NCBI GenBank assembly: GCA_026014875.1
Contig: JAOZHO010000037.1
Coordinates: forward strand, 111,501-175,500
Direction of reading: 5' to 3'
From: Candidatus Bathyarchaeota archaeon
GTDB taxonomy: Archaea; Thermoproteota; Bathyarchaeia; TCS64
DNA length: 64,000 bases
Positions within the stretch are counted from its first letter, which is position 1, and each line of letters opens with the position of its first letter. The notes beneath the pieces were generated by a model. It had not been told where the DNA came from and made no database searches. It saw only the letters and a list, made by a program, of their open reading frames with translations. Positions 29,807 to 38,713 of the stretch are shown piece by piece. A program made the translations under genes and the position numbers.

Positions 29807-30760
29807 GTGAATAAAACGAAGCACGGCATCAAAGTCATCGATTTCCACGTCCACTTCCCCACGGCCAACTGGTACGGCAGGAGCGGCCGAAGGCAGAGGC
29901 TAGTCGGCAAGTACGGCGAGGAGAGAATGGGCATCTTCATCGAGCAGTCCAGGAAGTACAGGGACGAGTGGCGGAAACGATGGGGGTTCGAGCCCCCCGA
30001 GGCCCGGGACCGCTCCGACGAGGAGCAGGCCGAACGGTGGGCCGCCGACATGGACTCCAAGGGCGTCGAAAGAGTCAACTTCGTCACCGGCGGGGGGAAC
30101 GACAACCTCGCCAAGGTCGTCGAGACGCACCCCGACAGGTTCACAGGGTTCGCCCACCACGCCCTCTTCGAGGAGGGGGCAGGGGAGGAGGTTGAACGGG
30201 CAGTCAAAGAACTCGGCCTCAAAGGATACAAGGTCATCGCATCGAGCCAGACCCGACCCATCGACGACGAGGCCGGATACCCCGTCTGGGAGGCCTGCGA
30301 GAGGCTCGGCATCCCCGTGGTGATCCACTTCGGGGTCCTCGGCGGCGGGGGCGGCCCATCATACGACCTGAGGAACATGAACCCCCTCAGCCTCTGGGAG
30401 CCCGCCAAGATGTTCCCCCACCTCAACTTCGTGATCCCCCACTTCGCCTCAGGCTACCTCCGGGAGCTCCTCCAGCTCTGCTGGAGCTGTCCCAACGTCC
30501 TCATCGACACCTCGGGATCCAACCAGTGGATGCGCTGGCTCCCCTACGAGCTCGACCTCGAGAAGCTCTTCAAGAAGGCCACCCAGACCGTGGGCCCCGA
30601 CAGGCTCATCTTCGCCACCGACTCTAGCTACTTCCCCCGGGGATTCAGCGAGATCTACCTCGTGAAACAGCTCGAGGCGTGCCACGCCATCGGCCTCGAC
30701 GAGGAGAGCATCGAGAAGATCTTCTACGGGAACGCCGCGAGGCTCCTGAAGCTCGGCTGA
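29807..30760 (+). CDS. Amidohydrolase_2 family protein
   Basis: IDFHVH, PVVIHFG, PHF, IDTS, FATD, KIFYGNAARLL. Confidence 0.9.
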   Translation: MNKTKHGIKVIDFHVHFPTANWYGRSGRRQRLVGKYGEERMGIFIEQSRKYRDEWRKRWGFEPPEARDRSDEEQAERWAADMDSKGVERVNFVTGGGNDNLAKVVETHPDRFTGFAHHALFEEGAGEEVERAVKELGLKGYKVIASSQTRPIDDEAGYPVWEACERLGIPVVIHFGVLGGGGGPSYDLRNMNPLSLWEPAKMFPHLNFVIPHFASGYLRELLQLCWSCPNVLIDTSGSNQWMRWLPYELDLEKLFKKATQTVGPDRLIFATDSSYFPRGFSEIYLVKQLEACHAIGLDEESIEKIFYGNAARLLKLG

Positions 30761-30817
30761 TCCGCCTCCACAAGGATTTTTAGGCTGGGAAGGGATGATC
30801 AGCCGTCAGCTAGATTT

Positions 30818-32572
30818 GTGGTCGATTTGACTCAGGAAGATAACCGCCCCGCCGCCCACAGGCTCTACACGGACTATGTTGAGAGCGGGGCCCGGGGGGA
30901 GACGGCGACGGAGCTCTGGGGGCGCATACCCGCCACCATGGGGGAAGCCTACAGGCTGTTGGGTGGCATAAGGGAGGTTTACGGTTCAGCCCCCGACGAA
31001 CTCGAGGACCTCAAGAAGGCGATGAAGGCCAACATGAGGGGGCTCGGAGTCCTCACCTCGAAGGCCTCCGAGAACATCGACCGCCTCGACCGGGGAGCCA
31101 TCGAGACGGGGCAGCAGCCCTACGCCCTCGGGGGATCCAGCCTCATCCTCAACAAGATCGCTTACATCAGCAGCCTGAGCGGCCTCGGAGGGGAGGGCTA
31201 TGCCCCTCTCTTCTTCGTCGCTGACTACGACGGGGTCCAGGCCGAGCTCCTCAACACCCGGGTCCCCAGTCCCTCCCCCAGGGGCCTCCTCTTCAGCTAC
31301 CCCGCGGGCCCGGAGTACGAGAACGCCCCCATCTACGAGCTCCCCAACCCCCCTGAGCCCTGGCTCGACAAAGCCCTGGAGAGCCTCCGGGGTAACTACC
31401 GGGGCCTCCTCAGGGACGCCGACCCTCAAGTCAGGGACAGGGGGCTCCTCAATCTGGAGCATGCGATCACCATCCTGAGGGGGGCCTACTTCTCGACGGA
31501 GAACGTCTCGGACTGGTCCACAAAGACCATTGGCACCCTCGTCAACCTGGAATCGGACCTAGGCGTCCCCATTCTGCCCTTCTCGATGCCCGGGTCCCGT
31601 CGGCTGTTCCAGTCAGGGTATGAACTCCTCCTCTCGGCCGCCAACCGGGAGAGGTTCATCGAAGCCACGAATAAGGCGGCAGCCCTCGTCGAAGCCTCAG
31701 GCCATAGAGCCGGGATCGGTCTCAGGGAGCCCGACTATGTGCCATTCTTCCTTGAATGCCGAGCATCGGGATGCAATGGGTCCCGGATCGAGCTCAAATA
31801 CAGCCGTGGGGCAGGCTCCGCCACCGCCAGCGTCTCGGGGAAGTGCCCGCGGTGCGGCGAGGCTTACGAGTTCTCCTTCGATGCAGGAAGCCCCGACCTC
31901 ACAGATATCGTCGAAAGCATCTCCCCGAGGGTCGACTCCCGCCAGGTCGTCGTCGACTCCGTCGTCCCGATACTCGCCCACGTCGGGGGGCCCGGGGAGA
32001 CAAGCTACTACGCCGAGGTTATACCCGCCGCCAGGGCCCTCAGCCTACCCTTCCCAGTCTTCGTGCGATACACCAGGCTCTTCTACAATACCCCGTGGAA
32101 TGACGGCTACGCCCGGGCCCTTGTGTCCCGAGGATGCTGCTGCCTCACGGACGGCGGGCTCTTCGAGGCTCTGAGCGACTGGGTCGAGGCCAGGAACACC
32201 AACGACCCCGACGGACTTAGGAAAGCCCACGTAGCCATCAGGGGCTGCATCGAGACGACAGCGAGGATGCTTGAAGGGACCCTCGCAGGGCTCAGGAAGG
32301 AGATCGAGGAGATCAAAGGGAAGCTCAGAAACCCGGAGAACCGGCAAGCGCTGATAAAGGAGATGCGGAAGAAGCAGGCGCAGGCCCATGAGATCGAACT
32401 CTACATGTCCTCGGCCCTGGGCAGGTTCAGCCCGGAGCGCTTCGGCCAAGAGGTTAGCTGGGCTTGGTTTGACGTCGCTACGGTCGCAGGGGTCGGGGAT
32501 CTCATGGGGGTCTTCCTTCGCCAGTACAGCGGGAACACCCCGAACTCGTCGATGTTCTTCGCGAACCTCTAA
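30818..32572 (+). CDS. bshC: Bacillithiol biosynthesis cysteine-adding enzyme BshC-like
   Basis: ETGQQP (cf. TGQQ), NKI, SP..., GGPGETSYY (cf. GGPGE.AYW), C-terminal coiled coil; convergent with bshA. Confidence 0.8.
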   Translation: MVDLTQEDNRPAAHRLYTDYVESGARGETATELWGRIPATMGEAYRLLGGIREVYGSAPDELEDLKKAMKANMRGLGVLTSKASENIDRLDRGAIETGQQPYALGGSSLILNKIAYISSLSGLGGEGYAPLFFVADYDGVQAELLNTRVPSPSPRGLLFSYPAGPEYENAPIYELPNPPEPWLDKALESLRGNYRGLLRDADPQVRDRGLLNLEHAITILRGAYFSTENVSDWSTKTIGTLVNLESDLGVPILPFSMPGSRRLFQSGYELLLSAANRERFIEATNKAAALVEASGHRAGIGLREPDYVPFFLECRASGCNGSRIELKYSRGAGSATASVSGKCPRCGEAYEFSFDAGSPDLTDIVESISPRVDSRQVVVDSVVPILAHVGGPGETSYYAEVIPAARALSLPFPVFVRYTRLFYNTPWNDGYARALVSRGCCCLTDGGLFEALSDWVEARNTNDPDGLRKAHVAIRGCIETTARMLEGTLAGLRKEIEEIKGKLRNPENRQALIKEMRKKQAQAHEIELYMSSALGRFSPERFGQEVSWAWFDVATVAGVGDLMGVFLRQYSGNTPNSSMFFANL

Positions 32573-33681
32573 CCGTTAGTCACTCTCTCGTAGATCTCCA
32601 GGTATTGCCCAACTACCTTCTCTGCGGTGTACCTCTCCAAGACGGTTTTCCTCGCCGCTTCCCCGAGGCGACGCCCCAGCTTGGGGTCTGCATTTAGATC
32701 CAAGATTCTTTCGGCTATCGCTTCGGGGTTCTTTGACTGCACCAGGAATCCGTTGACACCGTCTTCGACGATCTCGGGTATTCCCCCCACGTTCGTTGCG
32801 ACCACGGGGAGCCCGCTGCTCATCCCCTCCAGGAGGGTGAGGGGCGCGCTCTCAGTCTCGCTGCACAGGACCACCACGTCGCTGCAGTTGAGCACATTCG
32901 CGACGTCGCTCCTGAAACCCGTGAGCATCACGTGCTTCTCGATGCCGAGGCGCTTCACGAGTCGCTCGACGCTGATCCTGTCGGGGCCGTCCCCCACCAG
33001 CATGAGCCTAGCCCCCGGAGCCTTCCTCGAAACCATCTTCATCGCGTAGACGAGGTCGTGAACCCGCTTCACCGGCCGGAAGTTGGAGATATGAGTTATC
33101 ACCACGTCCCTTGCGTTGCGTAGGCCATTCTCAGAGCATGGGATCGGAGCGAAGGCGTCAGCGTCGACGAAGTTGGGGATGACGCTGATCTTCTTCTTGA
33201 GCCCGAGCCTAGAGTAGGCCTCGTTGGCCATGAACCGGGAGACGGCGGTGACGGCGTCCGCCTCCTCGATGGTGTGGGTGTTCACCGGAAGATACGACGG
33301 GTCGCTCCCGAGAATGGTGACGTCGGAGCCGTGGAGGGTCACCACGTAAGGCACCCCGCTCATCTGACGGGCCAGGTGGGCCGCCGTGGAGTGGGGGATC
33401 GAGTAATGCACGTGGAGGACGTCTAGGTCCTGCTGCTCCGAAACCCTGAACATCTCCGAGGCGAGGGCAATAGTGTATGGGGGATACTTGAAGAGAGGAT
33501 ATTCGAGGACGGAGACGAGGTGAACGTGAACATTCTCGGGGTCACCGCCCTGGATCGCGAAGGGCCTCTCGTAGGTGATGAAATGGACCTCGTGGCCCCT
33601 CTTAGCGAACTCGACGCCGAGGCGGGTCGCGAGGATGCCGCTGCCCCCCACGGTGGGATAACATGTGACTCCGATCTTCAC
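32569..33681 (-). CDS. bshA: N-acetyl-alpha-D-glucosaminyl L-malate synthase
   Basis: MKIGVTCYPTVGGSG..AT.LG, YPLFKYPPY, HVHYSIPH, TLHGSDVT, HISNFRPVKR: BshA-specific GT4 motifs. Confidence 0.93.
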   Translation of the reverse strand: MKIGVTCYPTVGGSGILATRLGVEFAKRGHEVHFITYERPFAIQGGDPENVHVHLVSVLEYPLFKYPPYTIALASEMFRVSEQQDLDVLHVHYSIPHSTAAHLARQMSGVPYVVTLHGSDVTILGSDPSYLPVNTHTIEEADAVTAVSRFMANEAYSRLGLKKKISVIPNFVDADAFAPIPCSENGLRNARDVVITHISNFRPVKRVHDLVYAMKMVSRKAPGARLMLVGDGPDRISVERLVKRLGIEKHVMLTGFRSDVANVLNCSDVVVLCSETESAPLTLLEGMSSGLPVVATNVGGIPEIVEDGVNGFLVQSKNPEAIAERILDLNADPKLGRRLGEAARKTVLERYTAEKVVGQYLEIYERVTNG

Positions 33682-33753
33682 AGCTCATCATTCCCCAGTA
33701 TATTTTCAGAAAAGCTTCACTAAAGCACGATATAAAAACCAGATGGTCGGAGC

Positions 33754-34284
33754 TTATTCGCCGCCCCGCTGCGTCGTTAAGGAGAGGATGCCCACGATGG
33801 TCTTGGCGTCCTCGATGACGTTCTCCTCGATCATCCTCCGGACCTCCTCAGGGCCGTGGAGCTCCAGGGTTATCTCCTCGTCGATCTCCGGGTCGGCCCC
33901 CACGGCCGTTAAGCCCCTAGCCACGAAGAAATGGATCACCTCGTCGCTGTAACCAGGGGCCATGAAGCAGCTGAGAAGGGGCTCAAGCGCCTCCGCCTCG
34001 AAGCCGGTCTCCTCCCTCAGCTCCCGCGCAGCGCACTTCAGGGGTGGCTCCCCCTGCTCCAGGGTCCCCGCGGGGATTTCGAGGAGAGTCTTCCCGGTTG
34101 CGTATCGGAACTGCCTGATGAGTGCGACCCTACCGTCGCCGAGTATTGGGACGATGGCCACTGCTCCGGGGTGGCGGACTATGTCCCTCTGGGTGACGTG
34201 ACCGTTGGGGAGCTCCACCTCGTCGACGAGGAAGTCGAAGTTCCTCCCCTCATGTAGGAGCCGTGAGCTCAATTTCTTCTCCAT
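33754..34284 (-). CDS. NUDIX hydrolase (ADP-ribose pyrophosphatase-like)
   Basis: HPGAVAI, QFRY, EIPAG, ARELREETG, DAKT. Confidence 0.92.
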   Translation of the reverse strand: MEKKLSSRLLHEGRNFDFLVDEVELPNGHVTQRDIVRHPGAVAIVPILGDGRVALIRQFRYATGKTLLEIPAGTLEQGEPPLKCAARELREETGFEAEALEPLLSCFMAPGYSDEVIHFFVARGLTAVGADPEIDEEITLELHGPEEVRRMIEENVIEDAKTIVGILSLTTQRGGE

Positions 34285-34446
34285 TTCAACACACCTCTCC
34301 GCTCAAGTTAGCCGAATATGCCTCCTTACTGTCTCCCAATCTATCCAGAAAACGTTTTTCACGGAACCCAGCCAGGAGACGAACAACGCCGCTTGTTATG
34401 ATAGTCAACACGGAGGTGCATGGATACCGGGCGACTTGGTTGCTTT

Positions 34447-34566
34447 TCACGCCCAGATGGAGAAATCTTTCTGGCATTTAGGGCATCTGAGCTCTGTCTT
34501 CCCGGATCTGGCTCTGACTCTGGCGATGTAGCCGCAGGAGGGGCAGGCCACTGTGCGTCCGCTCAT
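34447..34566 (-). CDS. 39-aa zinc-ribbon microprotein
   Basis: MSGRTVACPSCG...LRCPKCQKDFSIWA; start at ATG 34566. Confidence 0.6.
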   Translation of the reverse strand: MSGRTVACPSCGYIARVRARSGKTELRCPKCQKDFSIWA

Positions 34567-34661
34567 GGTTAACCCAGATTGTCTTCGCAGAACTCCTGAT
34601 AAGCCTTGTCCGATAGCCGACGTTGGCCTCAGTACGGAACGTTGAACTATAGGATTTAGAC

Positions 34662-35021
34662 CTACTGCACTACCTTGGCCTTTTGCTCGGAGCCGTGCTC
34701 CTGGAAGATCTCCCCGTAGGCCCTGCAAAAGTATTCGCAGGAGACCCTGGCGCTCTCCCTGCCCTGCTCGGTGAGGCGGTAGATCTTCTTCCTGCCCTCC
34801 TTCCGGGTTTCCACGTGGCCTCTCTTCTCGAGCTCTGCTAGAGCCGGGTACAGTGTGCCCGGGTTGGGTCGTGTGCCCCTGCGCTGGGCGAGCTCGTCGG
34901 CTATCTCTTGGCCGTACATGTCTCTCTTGGTGAGGAGCCAGAGGATGCTGAACGAGAGGAGCCCCCTCATGTCGCAGCAGGTGGGGGGGGTGTTGGTGTT
35001 ATCGCAGCAGTCCTCGGACAT
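34662..35021 (-). CDS. PadR family regulator with N-terminal Cys-Cys pairs
   Basis: MYGQEI, NPGTLYPAL..LE..G, RKIYRLTEQG; MSEDCC...TCCDMRG and CEYFC. Confidence 0.9.
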   Translation of the reverse strand: MSEDCCDNTNTPPTCCDMRGLLSFSILWLLTKRDMYGQEIADELAQRRGTRPNPGTLYPALAELEKRGHVETRKEGRKKIYRLTEQGRESARVSCEYFCRAYGEIFQEHGSEQKAKVVQ

Positions 35022-35030
35022 GGTCAATCA

Positions 35031-35085
35031 TATTGGAGAACCGATACTTTTAAATCGTTCCAGACATGTTATCGGGTATCCAATA
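35031..35085. promoter_or_regulatory. Divergent padR/arsM promoter with two TATYGG-N4-CCRATA palindromes around a central TTTTAAA
   Basis: TATTGGagaaCCGATA at 35031-35046; TATCGGgtatCCAATA at 35070-35085; TTTTAAA at 35048-35054. Confidence 0.75.
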
Positions 35086-35098
35086 ATAAGGTGGATAG

Positions 35099-35866
35099 AT
35101 GACTGAAAGCGAAACCATCAAAGAAAACGTGAGAGAACGCTACGCAGAAGTAGCCAAGAGGGCGCAAGCCAGCACGACCGCGAGCTGCTGTGCCCCCAGC
35201 ACGGCCTCATGCTGCGGACCAACCTCCACCGGGGACTATGCCAAAAAGATAGGGTACGCTTTGAACGAGCTCAGCGACCTCCCGGACGCAGCCCAGCTGG
35301 CCAGCGCGGGATGCGGCAACCCCACGGCCCTCGCGAGCCTCAAAGAGGGCGAGGTCGTCCTAGACCTGGGCTCCGGGGGAGGCATCGATGTCTTCATCGC
35401 GGCCAAGAAGGTGGGGCCCACCGGGAAGGCCATAGGCGTCGACATGACCCAGGAGATGCTGGACCTCGCGACCAAGAACGCCGAGGAGCTCGGGTTCGAG
35501 AACGTCGAGTTCAGGAAGGGGGACATCGAGGACCTCCCCGTGGAGGATGGGACCATCGATGTAATCATCAGCAACTGCGTCATCAACCTCGCCCCCGACA
35601 AGGACAAAGTCTTCAGAGAGGCATACAGGGTGCTCAAACCCGGGGGGAGGATCACGGTTTCGGACATCGTCACAGATGGCGACCTCCCGGAGGAGATCCG
35701 GAACAACCCCGACCAGTGGGCCGCGTGCGTGTCCGGCGCCCTAGACGAGAAACTCTACCTGGAGAAGATACGGAACGCCGGCTTCGAGCGGGTGAAGGTC
35801 CTAGACAAGAGGGACTTTTCGGGGATCGTGAAGAGCGCCGAGGTCGAGGCGTTCAAGCCCATCTAA
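35099..35866 (+). CDS. arsM: Arsenite methyltransferase
   Basis: SCC repeats, [42 protein letters not shown]. Confidence 0.93.
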   Translation: MTESETIKENVRERYAEVAKRAQASTTASCCAPSTASCCGPTSTGDYAKKIGYALNELSDLPDAAQLASAGCGNPTALASLKEGEVVLDLGSGGGIDVFIAAKKVGPTGKAIGVDMTQEMLDLATKNAEELGFENVEFRKGDIEDLPVEDGTIDVIISNCVINLAPDKDKVFREAYRVLKPGGRITVSDIVTDGDLPEEIRNNPDQWAACVSGALDEKLYLEKIRNAGFERVKVLDKRDFSGIVKSAEVEAFKPI

Positions 35867-35886
35867 GCTGAGCCCAAGTTTTTTCC

Positions 35887-36206
35887 TTATTTTTCCAGAG
35901 ACTTTAACGCGTCTCTGAACTCTCGCTGCAGCTGCTGTTTCTTTTCGAACTCTTCATCCGTACTCGCGATGAGCGTCCCGAAGTCCTTGACGAGCGCTAG
36001 CGTGTTGTTGTCGATGTCGTCCAGAGTATCCTTCAGGTTCTCCTCGTAGTCCTTCTCACGCAGCATTTGAGGAGCTCGTCCTGTTTCTCGATGAGGCACT
36101 GAATGTCGTCCTCGTCGTACTCCAGTTTGAAGCCGATCTTGACGAGGAAGTCGAGGGTTGTCTTGGTCTGCTTCTCGAAGAACTCCCGGCCACTCGGGAT
36201 GACCCC
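35887..36206 (-). pseudogene. Frameshifted 3' gene fragment without a start codon
   Basis: GVIPSGREFFEKQ...EKQDELL, frameshift near 36070, then MLREKDYEENL...LKSLEK*; host-like codon usage. Confidence 0.5.
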
Positions 36207-36254
36207 TTGGAAAACGATTTAATCACCCGCCATCCTTAACCCTAGGGATCAGGA

Positions 36255-37177
36255 ATGGATTTCGGCGCTCAGACAGAGTACGGCAGGCTCAGGAAGGTGC
36301 TGATGCACAGGCCCTCCGAGGAGCTGAAGCGCATCACCCCCGGGAACAAGGACGCCTACCTCTTCAGGGACGTCGTCTACTGGAAGGAGTTCCAGCGGGA
36401 GCATGATGCCTTCACCGACATCCTCAGGGGTGAGGGGATCGAGGTCTGCCTCCTAGGGGACTTTCTCGACGAGGAGCACAGGCAGATCGCAGAGAGGCTC
36501 CCCAACCTCGTCTACACCCGGGACGCCATCGCAATCAACAACTTGGGGGCCATGATCCTCAGGATGACCTACCAGTCCCGCTTCCCGGAGCCCTTCCTCA
36601 CCGAGAAGGCGATGGAGAAGCTGGGGGTTCCAGTCGCTCTGAAGGTGACGCCCCCCGGTCTCGTGGAGGGGGGAGACTTCGTCTGGCTCGACGAGGAGAC
36701 GGTGATGATGGGCTACGGGACCCGCTCCAACGAGGTGGGCGTCGAGCAGGTCAAGGAGAGGATGATGGGGGAGACGGTGAAGGAGTTCGTGGCGGTGCCC
36801 CTCCCCAGCTTCAGGGTTCACCTCGACGGCGCCCTCATGGTGATGTCCCCCGACCTCGCCCTGTTCCACAAGGGCAGCCTCGGCCTCTTCCCCAGCTACG
36901 TCTACGACGGGGACGGCGTCAAGCTCCAGTTCCTCGAGGACTACCTCAAGGGAAAGGCCTGGAACTCGTCTACGCCAACGACAGCGAGGTCAGGATGTTC
37001 GGCACCAACATCGTGGGGCTCGGAGGGGGCAAGTGCGTCTCTTATGAGTGGAACGAGAGGATCATGGCCATCCTCGAGGAACGGGGCTTCGACGTCATCG
37101 GGATCCCCGGTAGCCAGCTCAGCATCGGAGGGGGAGGCCCCCACTGCATGACCGCCCCCATCCACAGGGAGGCGTAG
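36255..37177 (+). CDS. Arginine deiminase / amidinotransferase family protein, frameshifted (-1) at about 36956
   Basis: EYGRLRKVLMHRP, YTRD, EGGD, HLD in frame 0; GTN and catalytic GGPHCMT only in the -1 frame. Confidence 0.85.
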
Positions 37178-37181
37178 CACC

Positions 37182-37634
37182 ACGGACCTCGAGACCTACC
37201 TGGAAGAGAACGGGATCTGGCACAGGTTCATCGAGAAATCGGAGACTGTGCACACCGCGGACGCCTCCGAGGCCACGGGCATCGACCTCCACAGGATAAC
37301 CAAGAACCTCGTCTCCAAGACCCGGAAAGGAGAGTACGCCCTGCTGGTCGTCCCCGGGGACAGGAGAGTCGACCTCAAGGCTGCCGCCAAGGCGCTGGGC
37401 ACCAAGAACGTCAGGCTCATGCCCTTCTCGGAGGCGGAGGCCATCAGCGGCTACCCCCCCGGGGGGACCCCGACCATCGGCCACAAGACACCGATGAAGG
37501 TGATCCTAGACGAGGAGCTTGCGGGCTTCGAGACGTTCTTTTGCGGGGGCGGGTCCAAGGATAGGCTGCTCGAGCTCAGGGTCGACGACGTGAAAAGGCT
37601 GACCGACGCAATCGTGGCAAAGATCTCAGCGTAG
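37182..37634 (+). CDS. YbaK/ProX aminoacyl-tRNA deacylase family; apparent ACG start
   Basis: DLETYLEENGIWH..., KNLV, SGYPPGGTPTIGH, GGG; GGAGG 9 nt before the in-frame ACG; first canonical start is GTG 37248. Confidence 0.8.
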   Translation, partial: TDLETYLEENGIWHRFIEKSETVHTADASEATGIDLHRITKNLVSKTRKGEYALLVVPGDRRVDLKAAAKALGTKNVRLMPFSEAEAISGYPPGGTPTIGHKTPMKVILDEELAGFETFFCGGGSKDRLLELRVDDVKRLTDAIVAKISA

Positions 37635-37784
37635 ACTCTGAGGATTACACGAGAAGGCCTATCGTCGACTTGGAGTGGCCCTCAGAGATGCATTTTGTCA
37701 TAATATAATGCCCTTTTTTTATTTCACCTGTCCAGGGCCCACCATCTCTCAAGACATAAACAATAGGGAGACGTAGGTTATCCC

Positions 37785-38687
37785 ATGGAGCCCATCGATA
37801 GCGTGTGCCTCTGCGGGGCTGGCTTCCTGGGGTGGCAGATAAGTCTCCAGTGCGCAAGCCACGGGACCCCCGTGAGGCTGTTCGACATATCCGAGGAAGC
37901 CCTGGAGAAAGCCTCCGAGCACATCCGGCACGAGCTCAAAACCTGGACGAGCGAGGGAAAGATCACCCCCGAAGAAGTCGAGGCCACCCTGAGCCGTGTC
38001 TCTTTTCACGACGACATGGCCGAGGCCGTCGAGGGAGTCGACATCGTCATCGAGGCTGTCCCCGAGCGCCTCGATCTCAAACGGGAGGTCTTCGCCCAGC
38101 TCGACAGCGTCTGCGACGACGCCACCATTCTCGCGACGAACAGTTCATCGATCCGCGTTTCGAAGATAGAGGACGCCACGGGGCGCCTAGATAGGGTGCT
38201 CAACACCCATTTCTACAATACGCCGTGGAGGAGGAGCATCGTGGAGCTGATGCGGGGGACGGGGACCAGCGATGAGACCTTGGAGAGGGTGCGGCTGTTC
38301 ATGGTCTCCATAGGGATCACCCCCCTCATGGTCCTCAGTGAGAGCACCGGGTTCATCTTCAACAGGGTCTGGAGGGCCATCAAGCGGGAGTGCCTCCACC
38401 TCGTGGACCAGGGCGTCGCGAGCTTCCAGGACGTGGACAGGGCCTGGATGGCCCTATACGAAACCCCCTACGGCCCCTTCGGGATGATGGACCGCGTGGG
38501 CCTCGACGTGGTCCGGGACATCGAGATGGTCTACTACGAGGAGTCCGGGGCGAATAGGGACGCCCCACCCAGAATGCTCTTGGAGATGATCGAGCGGGGG
38601 GAGCTGGGGGTCAAGACCGGGATGGGTTTCTACACGTATCCTGATCCAGCTTTCCTCAAGCCAGGCTTCCTGAAAGGAAAATCCTAA
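37785..38687 (+). CDS. 3-hydroxyacyl-CoA dehydrogenase family
   Basis: GAGFLG, EAVPERLDLK, ATNSSS, HFYN, GFIFNR, GPFG..D.VGLD, GVKTG.GFY. Confidence 0.92.
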   Translation: MEPIDSVCLCGAGFLGWQISLQCASHGTPVRLFDISEEALEKASEHIRHELKTWTSEGKITPEEVEATLSRVSFHDDMAEAVEGVDIVIEAVPERLDLKREVFAQLDSVCDDATILATNSSSIRVSKIEDATGRLDRVLNTHFYNTPWRRSIVELMRGTGTSDETLERVRLFMVSIGITPLMVLSESTGFIFNRVWRAIKRECLHLVDQGVASFQDVDRAWMALYETPYGPFGMMDRVGLDVVRDIEMVYYEESGANRDAPPRMLLEMIERGELGVKTGMGFYTYPDPAFLKPGFLKGKS

Positions 38688-38713
38688 TCCATCCGGGCAC
38701 CCAATAGATCGGT

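Noticed and set aside
34286-34477. 63-aa ORF upstream of the NUDIX gene
   Set aside because: Overlaps the better-supported zinc-ribbon ORF and has no motif
35099-35866. Methyltransferase as the N-methyl-bacillithiol methylase
   Set aside because: It has the full ArsM cysteine pattern (GCGNP, SNCVINL, W..C), so ArsM is the better call
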